Shown piece by piece: positions 34,901-47,264 of a DNA stretch of 64,000 bases. Location of the stretch: assembly GCA_050084985.1 (NCBI GenBank), contig JBITNC010000002.1, positions 17,360,001 to 17,424,000 on the forward strand, given 5' to 3'. How positions within the stretch are numbered: position 1 is the stretch's first letter; every line of letters begins with the position of its first letter. The notes under the pieces were generated by a model that saw nothing but the letters and a program-made list of their open reading frames with translations, was not told where the DNA came from and made no database searches. The DNA comes from Nageia nagi (Eukaryota > Plantae > Pinophyta). The position numbers and the translations under genes were made by a program.

Positions 34901-37900
34901 TGAACTTTGATTAATCCAATTTGTAACAAGGTAAGTAATGTAAAAAATTTGCATTTTTTTTTATAAATTATGTTAAATTTGGAAATATCCTAACATTACA
35001 ATCTTTCAATGATATAATAGGATTTATAGTATAGATGATTTATGAGGAAGTTAGAACTCCCATGGGTTCTTAAATATCAAAAAGGTTGAACCTAAGATTT
35101 GCTCGAAAGAAAAATTCCTAAGGTGTTGTTAGTTTATCCAATAAGAAGCTTCCACCAAAGTAGTGATCCTTGGGACAATGGAGAAGTCAAAAGGAGCAAG
35201 CAAGTTTAGAGATGGAAGAAGGGACAAGGGCATAAGCTAAGGCTGGTGAGGGTTTGGGTTGACCCATCCAAGCACTAGGTTTTTTCCCTTTCATATTTAA
35301 AATTTTTGTACATTCCTCTTGAGAAGAAATAGAAGTATGAACTGTTCCCACTTGCCTATTTGTTCTTAAAGTTGGAGAGGGTTTAAGCTTGAAACAACCC
35401 TCCATTACTGAGTAGACACGTATTTTGTAAGCAATTGACTGGTACCAATAATAAGTGTTTAGGAGGCTTATGTATACCACTTATTATTGGAAGCACATAT
35501 CATCAAATTTGATTTCTAGGACCTCTTTAAACTCCTCGATTAGGTTATTTTCTACATACAACCTCTTGTGAGGATAAGCAAAGAACTTAAATTGCTTAAT
35601 GCATATAAATCACCTTAAGGAGGTAGTAAAAAGATTAGATGAAGGATTAAAGCAAGTATGAAAGCAAATTGAAAAATTAGCAACATTTCTTATATGAAAA
35701 CATTTTGGGCTTTAGTACATAGAACTTCAAAAAACCCTCAATCATGTTTTGCTTGATTCCACTGACCCACTTAGGTACAACAAAAAAAAAATAATAATAA
35801 TCTTTTGAGTATACTACTCGAGCAACGATAAGCATAATCAAATTCATTCTCAGGAATTACCACATCAAGTTTAGAATCTTTATTTTGGCGATGAACTTCC
35901 TGGTGATATGATGCTCTCCCACACGAGTATCGACCAGAGTAAATGCTTGATGGAAGATGTAACCATTATAATGGCAACGCCGGACACAAGCGGTATGAGG
36001 GTGAGATGTAGCAACAAATGTGGGTTAGTTCAGACAAAGACAAGATGACAACGAGGTTGAAAGCATGCAAGAAACGTAAATAACATAGAAAACTCATGGA
36101 TATTCTGACAAGCTGCATAAATCAACACTATACTGCTTGATTGTGTTCTGCGCAGGAGACGATTCGTTCAAAGCACAGCCGAATCGCCGATATCTATAGT
36201 AGTGCATGGAAATCATGGATATATACAAGACTTGAATACGGAATGGATGTGAATATAAAAGAATAACTCAAGTCAAAGACCTAAATCAACCAATGACTGT
36301 GTTCACTCAACTTGTTGGACTATAGATAACGAACCATCCAGTTTTGTTTTTGTACTGTGTCCATTACCATCCTTGAATCTCAACTTAAGGTCTGCTTACT
36401 TTCCACAATCCATTTCACAATCTATATTGGTTGGTAGTTTCTAGTTTTGGATGTGCTTTCTTATGTTGGGTTGGATGCTAGCAGTTTACTGAAGTCAAAC
36501 AGCAATAGACAGTTTGTTCTTCTTATCATTATTTTCATTTCAGACCTTTTATGGGTTTGCGTTGAATTCCGTTTGTTAGTAATTGAATTGCCTTAGCCGT
36601 GCCCTCTGAGTTATACATGGGAGTGGTTGGACGACTTCGCCTTCCCCTGCCTGTAGTGAGTGGTAAGGTGGAGCACCTACTGTCACGATGGATTTTCTAA
36701 ACGCAGATCTTGTGAGCATGTAGCCTGTGGTAATGTGGGTGCAAAGGCAATATCTAAAATATGGTGCTGATATGAAAAAACAGGGAATCTTACCTTATTC
36801 GCTGCTATTCGTTCCAGGGTGCCTTATGGTTCCTCTGATAGCAAGTTGCTTGTAAGATATTGATCCTTAAGCAAGGTCTTTTGGACCTAGGTTACCTTTT
36901 GATGAAAATGTGATAGAATTCTTGGTAGCTTGTATTGATTGGACCAACCTCAGGAATTTAATGTTTGGCCACTCCAAAAGAACAGTAGTGAAGTTGCAGA
37001 ATGTAAAATATTGTTTTGGGTTAGACATTGCCACTTTCCAGAAGCAAGTTCTGTTGCTGCAATGGAGCAGCTCTGTTATGCACAAGTGCACATAGGCACC
37101 ACATGATCAATTTCATAAACAGCAAAGAGAATGCTTGGTCAAATCTTATATCTCCCACTAAAGAAAAAGCAACAGTATTCAATTTTTTAGTCAAACATAG
37201 CTCTGGATATAATTTCTGGGAAGCCTCTTTTTGCACAATTGCAAAAATCTATTCAAAATAGCCTCATATGAATCCTAAACCAGGAAAATGACAAGCTTTG
37301 GTCACAAAATGTGTATTTAGGGCTGCATGCAATCTTGAATAGTGAAAACAATTGGTTTGCAGGTTATTGTTTATAATCGAAGAACAATTCCCTCCTCTAT
37401 ATTTAAAATTGACCAGGACAATCAAGAAATATATGGATCGCATGACACCTGAGTATAAAGTGCTTTATAGATACCTTAAACAGAGTTTAATTCATAATTA
37501 GTGTGGTCTGATGTTGAATCATTGCAGTTGGATGTATCAATATTGATATAGGCATCAAACTTTAGGTAAGTAGTTTTCAGTGGTTACTGTTCTTGAATTG
37601 TCATGTGTAGAAGCTGGATGGCCAAGGTGAGCCTCACCTCTTGCCTTGCCTATTGTTTAAATGAAGTAAAGCTGAATCAGGGATACAACACAAGGCTCCT
37701 TGAAACACATTTCTGTCACAGAATGGTGGATAATAGTTTACAACCAAAAGAACTTGACGGTTGGATCTTTATGGTTCAATGATCTCTCAGCATTGCTTGA
37801 TTTGGCTTGCAAAGGAGCTGCAAAATGCCACAGACAAGGCATTGGGCAGAAGGAAAGATCCACCAAATTTTCAGTGAAATGTCATATGGGGACAGATGCG

Positions 37901-39000
37901 ATTTCATCTCTTATGCATGAACCTCTATTTTATGGCAAGTGGAAATGGATATCAAGCTGACATGGACCAGGAAACGAAGATTATTTTTAAAATGACAAAG
38001 GCTCTTAGATCCTTTGCTTAGAAAAGAATATACCACATATGGGAAATTATAAATATCCAAATTTGCACATTATGCTCCTAAAGTGAGGATAGTTTTAGGA
38101 AATTGTATCCTTGGATGTGGAGTTTTTAATTTGCATTCACTTTTTTAATATTTTGATCTGGTTATTTTGTTTAAAAAATTCACTGTAGCAAATAAATTTT
38201 AGGAATAACTTTATATGCAGGATTTGTCTAATAGTTGGTTTCCAAATATAGAAATCAAAAGACGTTTATTTTTGTTTAAATTGAAGTAACATGTTGCTCC
38301 ACTTGTTAATTCTGAAATACAGCTTTCTTCTAGCTTGTGATACCACTTCCACAGGTTTCTCATAGATAAATTTAACTGTTCGCAGAAAACTGTGGGACTT
38401 GTAAGGATAAGCTTTGTTGAAGGGATTGAACCTACTTCTTCTCACATATACCTTTCTGAGATTGATGTCTTTAGATTGTTGTGTTACAGAGTCAACTCAG
38501 ACAATCTCTATTCTTGTGAGAAACAAATATTTTACCCTTCAAGAAATGGTTGTGGGCACTATCCATGCAGTTGAAGTTGAAGGAAGGACAATGCTATAGC
38601 AATGAATAGCCAATTTGTAGATTACAATATCAAACTGAAAAATGGTTTTATCTATCTTGCTTGGAAAATAGTAGAACAAATGTTCATGATTGATATCATC
38701 ATACATGTACTGTTCAGAAGTTAGGAAAGTGTGTTTTCATGTTTTTTCCTAATTGATCTATTGTTATTTGAATTACAGTTCGAACAAAAGAAATAGTTGA
38801 CAAGGTGGTGGATTGCAAAATTATTTTAGCTCGATTCAAAGAGCTATTTATTCAAAAGGCTTTGTTGTAGTTGGAGCTATTTGTACAGAGGACATGTCGA
38901 AAAGCATATTGGTAGGCTGGGCGATGACAAATTGTTTGAAACTTATTCTATTGTTAGGTCAATTTTGGTCAAGAATTGGAGTTGGAGGAGGAAAATAAGA

Positions 39001-39055
39001 AATTACTAATTACTAATTACTAATTACTAATTACTAATTACTAATTACTAATTAC
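39001..39055. repeat. (AATTACT)n heptanucleotide tandem repeat, ~8 copies
   Basis: Perfect repeat, directly visible. Confidence 0.95.
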
Positions 39056-39669
39056 AGAGCATAAATTTCATAAGGATTGATGTCTTATCCTCCTTTTTGG
39101 TAATAGGCTGTCATTTCCTCACTTTCCCTTTCTCCTTTAGTATCTTTTTCATCATACTCTTATCCTTAAATTCTTTCCATGATGATATGGTTTTCATCTC
39201 CAGAGGAGCTTTTCTTGTTTATTTTTCTTCATTTCCTTATGTGCTTTTGTTAGAGAATTTTTTTTTCCTTTGTTGGACATTATGGAACCCATCAGCCTTA
39301 ATTTCATTGCTTTGAGATTCCACTCACTTTTTATAGGCTTTTGAAATTACATTTCAGATAGAGATTTACTCATATGCATCCCAACTTTTGCATCTACTTG
39401 TTCCCAGCAATTGTTACATAAATAGATATTTGTTTTATTTATGTTGTAGATTTTATGAATACCATATACATTGCATGATGATTGGTTATATAAATAAATT
39501 CAACAATGTTAAATAGTACTAATGATAAATTGTTATGCCCCTTGAGCTTTATATATTGAAAAAGGTTGAATTTTGAAATACAAATAGCCCTATGGATTGA
39601 AAAATCTTTCATCTTATTACAATTATATGGTAAGAAGGGCTAAAATATAATTTGTTAATGAGAGCAGGC

Positions 39670-39728
39670 ATGACGATAGAGGGAGATGGGGACAAATTGA
39701 ATTCCGAAGCTCTCTTTCTCGAAGGGAT
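39670..39728 (+). CDS. ENT3: ENT3-like nucleoside transporter, coding exon 1 (phase mismatch with exon 2)
   Basis: gcag|gcATG...gat|gtaagt, encoding MTIEGDGDKLNSEAL... The exon is 59 nt (phase 2), whereas exon 2 needs phase 0. Confidence 0.6.
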
Positions 39729-39867
39729 GTAAGTGTTCTGATTTCTCCAGCTCCCTTACATTTGAGTAAAATGAAGGAACACATTTATTTTCTTTTCATT
39801 GTTTGGACGTCTCTTTCTTTTATTTCAGTGAAACTGCTTTTTACAAAAATTGTATAATACATAACAG

Positions 39868-39972
39868 GGAAGAAATGCTGCATATGCAATTTGTTGGCTT
39901 CTTGGGGTTGGATCCCTTTTCTCCTGGAATAGTATGCTAACAATTGAAGATTACTATCAATACTTATTTCCT
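39868..39972 (+). CDS. ENT3: ENT3-like, exon 2
   Basis: cag|GRNAAYAICWLLGVGSLFSWNSMLTIEDYYQYLFP|gtaagt. Matches plant ENT TM1 (GSLxSWNSMLTI.DYY). Confidence 0.93.
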
Positions 39973-40929
39973 GTAAGTATAGCAATTTTCAATTTCTACT
40001 CTTTCATGCATTCAATCGATCATATTTTATTTATTTCTGCACCTTAGTTAATATCAAGTTGCAATGGCCTAATTTTATGCATCTTTGTTACTAAGCAATA
40101 GAATTCTTATGGAAGGCAACCATTATCATAAAGATGGTATGCTTATGTATTTTATGATTTTTAGTAAGAGATTATTATTTATCTCTATTTATTGATACGA
40201 ATCTATGATATTAGGATTGTGCTGACATTTTGAATTGAATAGCTTAGAGCGTGACATGTTATGGTCTTAAAAAGGCCTTTGGTGATGGAAAAAGCCAAAA
40301 GTCACAGAATTAAGATAGTTGAAGATACCCTAAGAAAGAGGAATTCAAAGGAATATAAAATAGATCACAAGAAAGCTGATGTCTGACATCATTATAACAG
40401 ATAATATTAGTACTGCATCATCTTTATATTTTGTATGCAGTTCCTATTTTCTATCTAGTAGCATGCATATCTTCCTTTGCATGACCAACCTAGAACATAT
40501 GTTGCATTAACCCAAGTGGTGTAATTAACTAGGCCAGCTTATGCTGAGTAAACCCTAACTTTTATCATAAAGAACATATAAATGTCAGTAGCTTCATTAA
40601 ATGAGTACAGCAATTTTCTGTCCTCCAACTGCTAAGAAAGATGAACATAAACAATGGATTTGCTGTTAGTTCATACTATTTTCCTGAGCATACTCATGGA
40701 TGACGTTGATCAAGTTTATAGCAGTCAAACAGGATTTAATTTGAGGTCAATTGTTTATGACTGAATCTGTCAAAAAAGTTCACAATATTGACTAGGGCCT
40801 TTTGGATTGAATACAACTTTCTGCATGTACTATGGAAGATATCGATTGGTTACCATCAAGGTAATATTGTCTATTGACATGTCAATGGACAAAAGTTTCC
40901 ACTGTTACCATATTGTAGACTATTTCTAT

Positions 40930-42250
40930 ATTTCAATTGATCCTATACTTTTTGAAGTCAATTATTATCAAGTTTTGGGATATCATCAAAGAAGATTTTT
41001 TGAATTTAGTAATTAAAGCTTTTACTGCTAATCAAATTCTAAAAGCTGTAAGTACCATCTTCTTGGCCATTACAAATAAATATGCCTACTATGTAGATAA
41101 CTTTAGGTTGATTTCCCTTTGCAACACAACCTGTAAAGTAATAACAAATAGGCTCAAACAATTGCTCCTCGAAATCAATAATAGGAAGGTTTTTTTGTAG
41201 GAAGACAAATATTAAATGGCATAATCACGGTACATGAAACTGTCCATTCGACTGTGAAACACCACTGAAAATGTATAGTCATAAAGCTTGACATTGAAAA
41301 AGCTTATGATATATTAAACTAGCTGTTCCTCATTAAAGCACTAAGAAAATTTGGATTTAGTGGCAAATGGTATGAACATATTTGGAAATTTTTCTCCTCC
41401 CTTGCCCTCTCTGTATTGTTAAATGGGAGACCCACAGGTTTCTTCCAAGCCTTCAGAGGTTTAAGGCTGGGTGATCTTGTCTTCCCTTATCTTTTCATAA
41501 TCATGGTAGAATCTCTGGGAAGAACTATTAGATCATGTCACCAAGAAAAAAAAGATCAAAGGTCTAATTGTCACAAACAATGAAGTGGCTACCCATAGCC
41601 AATTTGTAGATGACACAATACTTTTTGTAGAGTCCACAATAGGAGAAGTAGTACACTTAAATTGTGAAAACTTATGAACTTATAGTAAGCTTAAAAGTAA
41701 GCTGACAAAAATCTAAGATATATTTTTTGACACTCCAAACAGAAGTAAAATATGATAAGCATTAAATGAGGATATCAATAGGAAAGTATTTTAATACCTA
41801 CCTAGGAATGCCCCTTTTCCTAAGTAAAAACCATAAGGCTCTTTGGCAAAATGTTATTGATAAATGCTGGAAGAAGCTATAAGTATGGGCTGGAAAACGA
41901 CTATTTAGTGGAGGTAGATTACAACTATTGAAAACTACCCTCCAAGTCCAACCCTTTTACACCATGTCCTTATTTAATATGCCAAGCAAAATGGAAAACG
42001 ATATAACAACCATCCAAAATAATTTTCTGTGGAACAGAAGAAAAAAAGAAAATACCTCTTATTGTGTAAGAGCTATTATGCAAATGGATCATAATAGGAG
42101 GCTTTGAAATAAGAAAGATGTCCTTTATGAGTAAGGCCCTTGGTGCAAAAATTCGTTGGAGGGCATACCGATTCAAAGAACAGAAATGGAGCATAATATT
42201 GTAGAAAAAACATATGAAGAATAAACTTGATGATTTCTTTAGACACAACA
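40930..42250 (+). mobile_element. LINE RT fragment within ENT intron 2
   Basis: Motifs FWDIIKED, NFRLISLCNT, GRQILNGI..VHE, IKLDIEKAYD, RGLRLGD..FPYLF, HSQFVDDTILF and TYLGMPLF. Confidence 0.88.
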
Positions 42251-43273
42251 CCTTCACGGCCATGTACAAATTTATTCTATCTTGCATATATTAATTCATT
42301 GAATTTGAAGCGACTACCAGAAAAAGAGGACCGAACATTCTTTTGAACAAGTAAGAACCATTTATAACATCTTTAACAGGTTTCTCTCTGAGAGCAGATC
42401 AACTAATTGCATTGCAAAAGACTTAGCAAGTTGTGCTATTGATCCTGTAAATAAGGATGATGATGATGCTATCCAGGAAGGCAATGCTTTGGGGTTCGGG
42501 CAAGAAATACCTGCTTTCATGCAAAATCATGCAAATTCCACTATTGGAAATGAGCAGGTGGATGATATCTCTAACAACTAAGATGCACAACACTTTTTTC
42601 CTGTTCAGGCTAATTGAATAACCCTTTTTGTTTTGATTGTTTACACAAATATATTTGGATATCCCTTTCTGAAGGTCATGTGATCTTTTATGCTAAGTAA
42701 TATAATGCTTTTTAAGTTTTTTACATGTCTTTTAGAAAAATTATCTAGTTTTTGTTTATGCATTTATAATATAACATTTAAAGAGGTCCATAATACAATG
42801 TATCATTGTCTTTTCAGGTTGATGAAGCATTAGCTAGATCTAGATCCTTAGTTGAGTTGTGTCATACTATATTTTCCATGACAAAGAAACACAGAGTGGA
42901 TGAGGACAAAAATAAGAAAGCTAATTTCAAGAGAACTTGCCAATGTAAACAATACGTTGTTGGTGTTTAGTTGTCTTTTTCTGGAGATTAAAAGAAAGAG
43001 GATATCGACAAGTGCATTAGGGATCTCCCATAGGCCTAATAATGGTTAGAACTGCAATCATTTGTGATTTTTTGTATTGAAAAGGATTCAATATAGGAGC
43101 TTTATGGCTTAAAAGAAACTACTTAATGATCTCTAGGAGTCTATATGGTGATCAAAGATGGGGAATAGTATTCTAATTGATTGAATTTATTGCAGTGTGC
43201 AAATGAAGATGATAATTTAAACTGTGTATATTTCCTTCATAGAAACTCATGGAACCTGTGTCTTTTTGTGCAG

Positions 43274-43429
43274 GACTACCATCCTTCAAGAGTCTTGACA
43301 TTAGTGTACGAGCCTTTTGCGTTGATAACACTTGCTATACTTTCATACCATGAAGCTACTATTAATACTCAACGACGCAACCTATTCGGCTATGTCCTTT
43401 TCTTTCTAAGTACATTAATTGTTTTAGTT
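43274..43429 (+). CDS. ENT3: ENT3-like, exon 3
   Basis: cag|DYHPSRVLTLVYEPFALITLAILSYHEATINTQRRNLFGYVLFFLSTLIVLV|gtgagt, 156 nt. Confidence 0.95.
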
Positions 43430-43663
43430 GTGAGTATTCTGATATGGATTGAGTCATTTGAGACATTTTTCAATTATCTCATCAGCTTTAGAACAAGCTT
43501 TCAGTATTACATCTTAAAAAGATGGGGAGACTGGCAAAAAAATGTTCAGAAAGAAAATGCATTCAGACATTTGAGATTTTAAAGTTCTGTGTATCTTTCT
43601 TAATTGTTAGAATAAAAAAGGAGAATGTAATGTTTGTGAACTGTAATTTGGTTTTTACAACAG

Positions 43664-43807
43664 CTGGACCTTGCAACACATGGGAAGGGAGGGTTGGAAA
43701 TGTTCATTGGAGTATGTGCAACGAGTGCACTTTTTGGTATTGCAGATGCCTATGTCCAAGGAGGAATGTTTGGAGACTTATCCTACATGGATCCTGACTT
43801 TATTCAG
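43664..43807 (+). CDS. ENT3: ENT3-like, exon 4 (GC donor)
   Basis: cag|LDLATHGKGGLEMFIGVCATSALFGIADAYVQGGMFGDLSYMDPDFIQ|gctaga, 144 nt. Confidence 0.92.
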
Positions 43808-43921
43808 GCTAGACAATCCAAGAACAAGTTTCCAATTTTTGGTTTGTGTGTGTAAGAGACTAAGATCATTATTTTAGCATAGTTTTTCAAGGTATTCACA
43901 TTTTTGATTTTCTAATTGCAG

Positions 43922-44027
43922 TCTTTCTCAGCGGGATCAGCAGCATCAGGAGCTGTTACATCTTCATTGAGATTTGTTACAAAGGCAACCTTTGAAAACT
44001 CACTCAATGGATTTCGGAAAGGAGCTT
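43922..44027 (+). CDS. ENT3: ENT3-like, exon 5
   Basis: cag|SFSAGSAASGAVTSSLRFVTKATFENSLNGFRKGA+1|gtaagc. Confidence 0.94.
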
Positions 44028-44810
44028 GTAAGCGGTTGGTCCATTGTTGCTGTGATACCTATCAAGTAGTATTAGAATCAAATATTGTTTTTTCTTCATT
44101 AATATCAGAGAACTGAACAAGTTTAACTGGGATTATCACTAGTTTCAAGTATGGATTCTGGGTAAGGTTGCCTTTTCCATTTATTACTTGTATGATGTTG
44201 CATGCATCTCAGAACATTTAATGGAAGGTGGTTGTGATCTAAAACTCTTGTGTCCATCTCTAACTATTGTAACTGTCTATATGATTGACTCCCTCATTTT
44301 TATATGTAGTAACTGGGACTGAATCTTTATATTTCTCTCCGTTAAGTCATCAAAGGTCCTAAACCTACGTATCAGAAATTCATTAAACCAGCTATAATTG
44401 ATAGAGTGAAATAAATGTTAAACTAATACAAGAACTTAGAAGGCGGAAGAAATAGGAAAATAAACATGGGAATATGCATAACTTGGGAAGAAAGAATAAG
44501 AAAACATGAAAAGTTATACTTTGTGAATATAAAACCTATCCTGAAGTTGAAGGCAAGAAAATGAATTTCAAATTGAGAAGGAAACAAAAGTCAAATGCCA
44601 TTGAAGAATCAAGTTCTTGAACTTTAGAAGTCCAGAATTTATTCATGACTTAGGTCATATTATTCTAAGTGGTAACAGGGTATTGGGGTCACTGGTTTTG
44701 TTTACAAAAAAGTCTTACTTGTTCAATGTTTGTTTAGTGCTTCGTATGCAGATACAGAATTGCGTTACTTCTGTTTCCAAAGACTTGACTTCTTGCATTT
44801 TGTTTGACAG

Positions 44811-44983
44811 TGTTGTTCTTTTCGATATCTACCTTGTATGAGCTATTCTGTATTTTTCTCTATGCTTTTGTCTTCCCACGCTTGAAGGTTGTCAACTATT
44901 ACCGTTCCAAAGCAGCTTCCGAAGGATCAAAGACTGTGGCAGCTGATCTTGTAGCAGAAGGTGTTGAAGTGTTCTCCCAAAAT
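44811..44983 (+). CDS. ENT3: ENT3-like, exon 6
   Basis: cag|(L)LFFSISTLYELFCIFLYAFVFPRLKVVNYYRSKAASEGSKTVAADLVAEGVEVFSQN|gtaata. Confidence 0.94.
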
Positions 44984-45110
44984 GTAATAAATTACCTAAA
45001 TTGTCAAGACTAATGAAGTCCATCTTTCTGCTCACGGAGATTTAGTTATTGTGTCTGAGCTCACAAACTTCCTGCATTACTTATTTTAATCTTTCTTTGT
45101 GAATGAGTAG

Positions 45111-45271
45111 GACTTTGAAGAATCAATACTTATGCAACGCCTGGGTAACAAGGAGCTTCTGAAACAAAATCTAGATTATGGTTTCAATCTTTTTGTTATT
45201 TATATCCTGACACTATCCATTTTCCCTGGATTCCTATCAGAAGATACAGGCAAACATGGGCTGGGTTCCTG
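45111..45271 (+). CDS. ENT3: ENT3-like, exon 7 (last exon in the window; C-terminal exons lie beyond 64000)
   Basis: tag|DFEESILMQRLGNKELLKQNLDYGFNLFVIYILTLSIFPGFLSEDTGKHGLGS(W)|gtgagt. The expected YALVLIAMYN... exon is not seen in the window. Confidence 0.94.
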
Positions 45272-46249
45272 GTGAGTTTCCTTAACTTTTTCTATACCTT
45301 AAAAATTATAATGAAATCCAAAAAGTTTTAAATTTCTGATCATGTTCTAGAAAGGAAATAATCATTACCAAAATTTGTTATATGTACATATGATTTCTTT
45401 TGTAGTGCAATATGTTCTTCTGTCCTTTTTGCAAGATCTACATTAAAGGGCTTTGGTGGTTCAGCTACTAGTGTGTTAAATCTTGGAAATACCCGACTTA
45501 GTTGTATATAAAAAAAAGGGTACTTCAGGAAAGCATTATAAATAAACTAGTGTTTCAGATGAATAATGGAATAAAAGATTAATATCATCCATTTTCTTCC
45601 GACCTTTGACAAGTTATTGGGCATGGGGGTGTTAGAAGAGGTCCCTGGAGAACTTCCCTGCTTTACTAGGATTATGTAGTCTTATTTCTGTAGTCCGAGG
45701 CATTGTTTTGAATTGAGATAATTAGATCCTGTATTGGTGCTTTTGTGGTGGTGGTGGCTCTTTTTGTTTCGAAACTGAAAATGATGGTCTTCAGCCCCAA
45801 TCTCTTGTTTTGGACTTTAATGGCCTTTTCCAAGAGTGTTCTGCTCCCTTACCATTATGATTATTATTTGCACTTGTATTGTAAGGGATAGGGTTTACCT
45901 CCTTCACTTTGAATTTGAACTGTTCAACAGTTTTGGTCCTCAGTTAATTTTCATCTGCTTTTTAATTTTTCTGTTCTACGGTTGTTTTGATCCTAGTACT
46001 TTCTAACTATAACCGTGTAAATTTCTGAGTCCCATTAACATGTTTTGGTCAAGGACATTAACTATGCAATGCTATAGTTACAACCCAAGAGAAGGATTAG
46101 TGCCGGGAGGGGAAGTGGCTTAAAAAATGGGGAATTGAAGAGAATGATATACTTGAAAAGGTATCTTTAATTTGAGACTCGGTTTAAAAAAAGGTAATAG
46201 AGATGTTTTAGGAGGATCCTAGGAAGAATTAAAGATTCTATGTGTCATT

Positions 46250-47264
46250 AATAAAATGGTTACTTACACAAAACAAATTTTTAACCTTACAGAAGATATC
46301 TAGACGCATCAAAGATTCATAATTAATAACTTCAAATTTAGCTATCAACATCTTGCAATTGAAACTAAAAGTTTAAAAACATTGAAAAAGACGAAATGCC
46401 TATTCCTACAATGTAATCAAGGAGAAATTGAGGATGAGTATTTCAGGCAGAACAACTTGCAAAAGAAAGACTCGAGAAACTTCAGGTCACAACTTGTGCA
46501 GGACACCTGTAGATGTATGAGACTCCCAAGTTTTCAAAAGGGAAATTACCATTATTCATTAGTTCAAAATTCTACCACTGAGAGAGGAAGCATTTAATCC
46601 GTACACTTATATGCTGAAGAGTAGAACAACCACCTACAGTTGTTAACTAATGATTCTTTCTTATATCCTGAAGAGTTGATCACTTCATGTGAAAATTGAT
46701 AAAATAAAATAGAATAGTCAATGACTCTTGAGCTTCAAGCAAGCCAAGAGATACAAGGCAGTAAAAATAAAGACTTCAAGAGAAACCATATGGCATGCGA
46801 AACTGAAAAGGTCATCCAGAATGTAATAAATCATACATGTGTTTCTTTTTGTGTGTGTGGTGTTGATGTGTATATGCACTGATTTGAGAGCAATGCAAGA
46901 CTCCCATTGAAGTGCCAAAATCTGTTTTTTTTTTCTTGTACCGTTGTATTCATCTCTAATTTTTTTCTTATTTTGTGACAAGACTCCTTTTGAGAGGAAG
47001 CCCAAGGTTGTCCACTTGAAGGTTTTTGGATGTTTAGCATATGTCCATGTGAGGAAAAGTAAAAAGTTTGAACCAAACAATATTCCTTGTATGTTTGTTG
47101 GGTATTTAAAGGCAAGCAAAGCATACCAATTTTACAATCCAAAGACTATCAAGATCTTTGAATCTAGAGATGTGATCTTTGATGAAGGGGGAGCATATGT
47201 TCAAGGTCGTAGGAAGCTTGTGAGAGTTGGAGAGACAAATGGAACTTTCAATCACCTTCTATAC
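46250..47264 (+). mobile_element. Ty1/copia relic, left part (GAG-pre-integrase remnant and post-integrase SH3-like region)
   Basis: IWHAKL at ~46790. ORF 46944 reads RKPKVVHLKVFGCLAYVHV...CMFVGY...KAYQFYNP...SRDVIFDE. The left boundary is approximate. Confidence 0.8.

Noticed and set aside
35800-36025. Minus-strand open frame ...VRRCHYNGYIFHQAFTLVDTRVGEHHITRKFIAK...
   Set aside because: No start codon or convincing acceptor and no recognisable family. The + strand has better splice signals.
43181-43582. 133-aa single-exon ORF
   Set aside because: Only 43274-43429 is ENT exon 3; the rest is intron read-through.
45620-46040. Possible LINE 3' UTR or other small insertion in ENT intron 7
   Set aside because: No poly-A, TSD or coding motif to support it.
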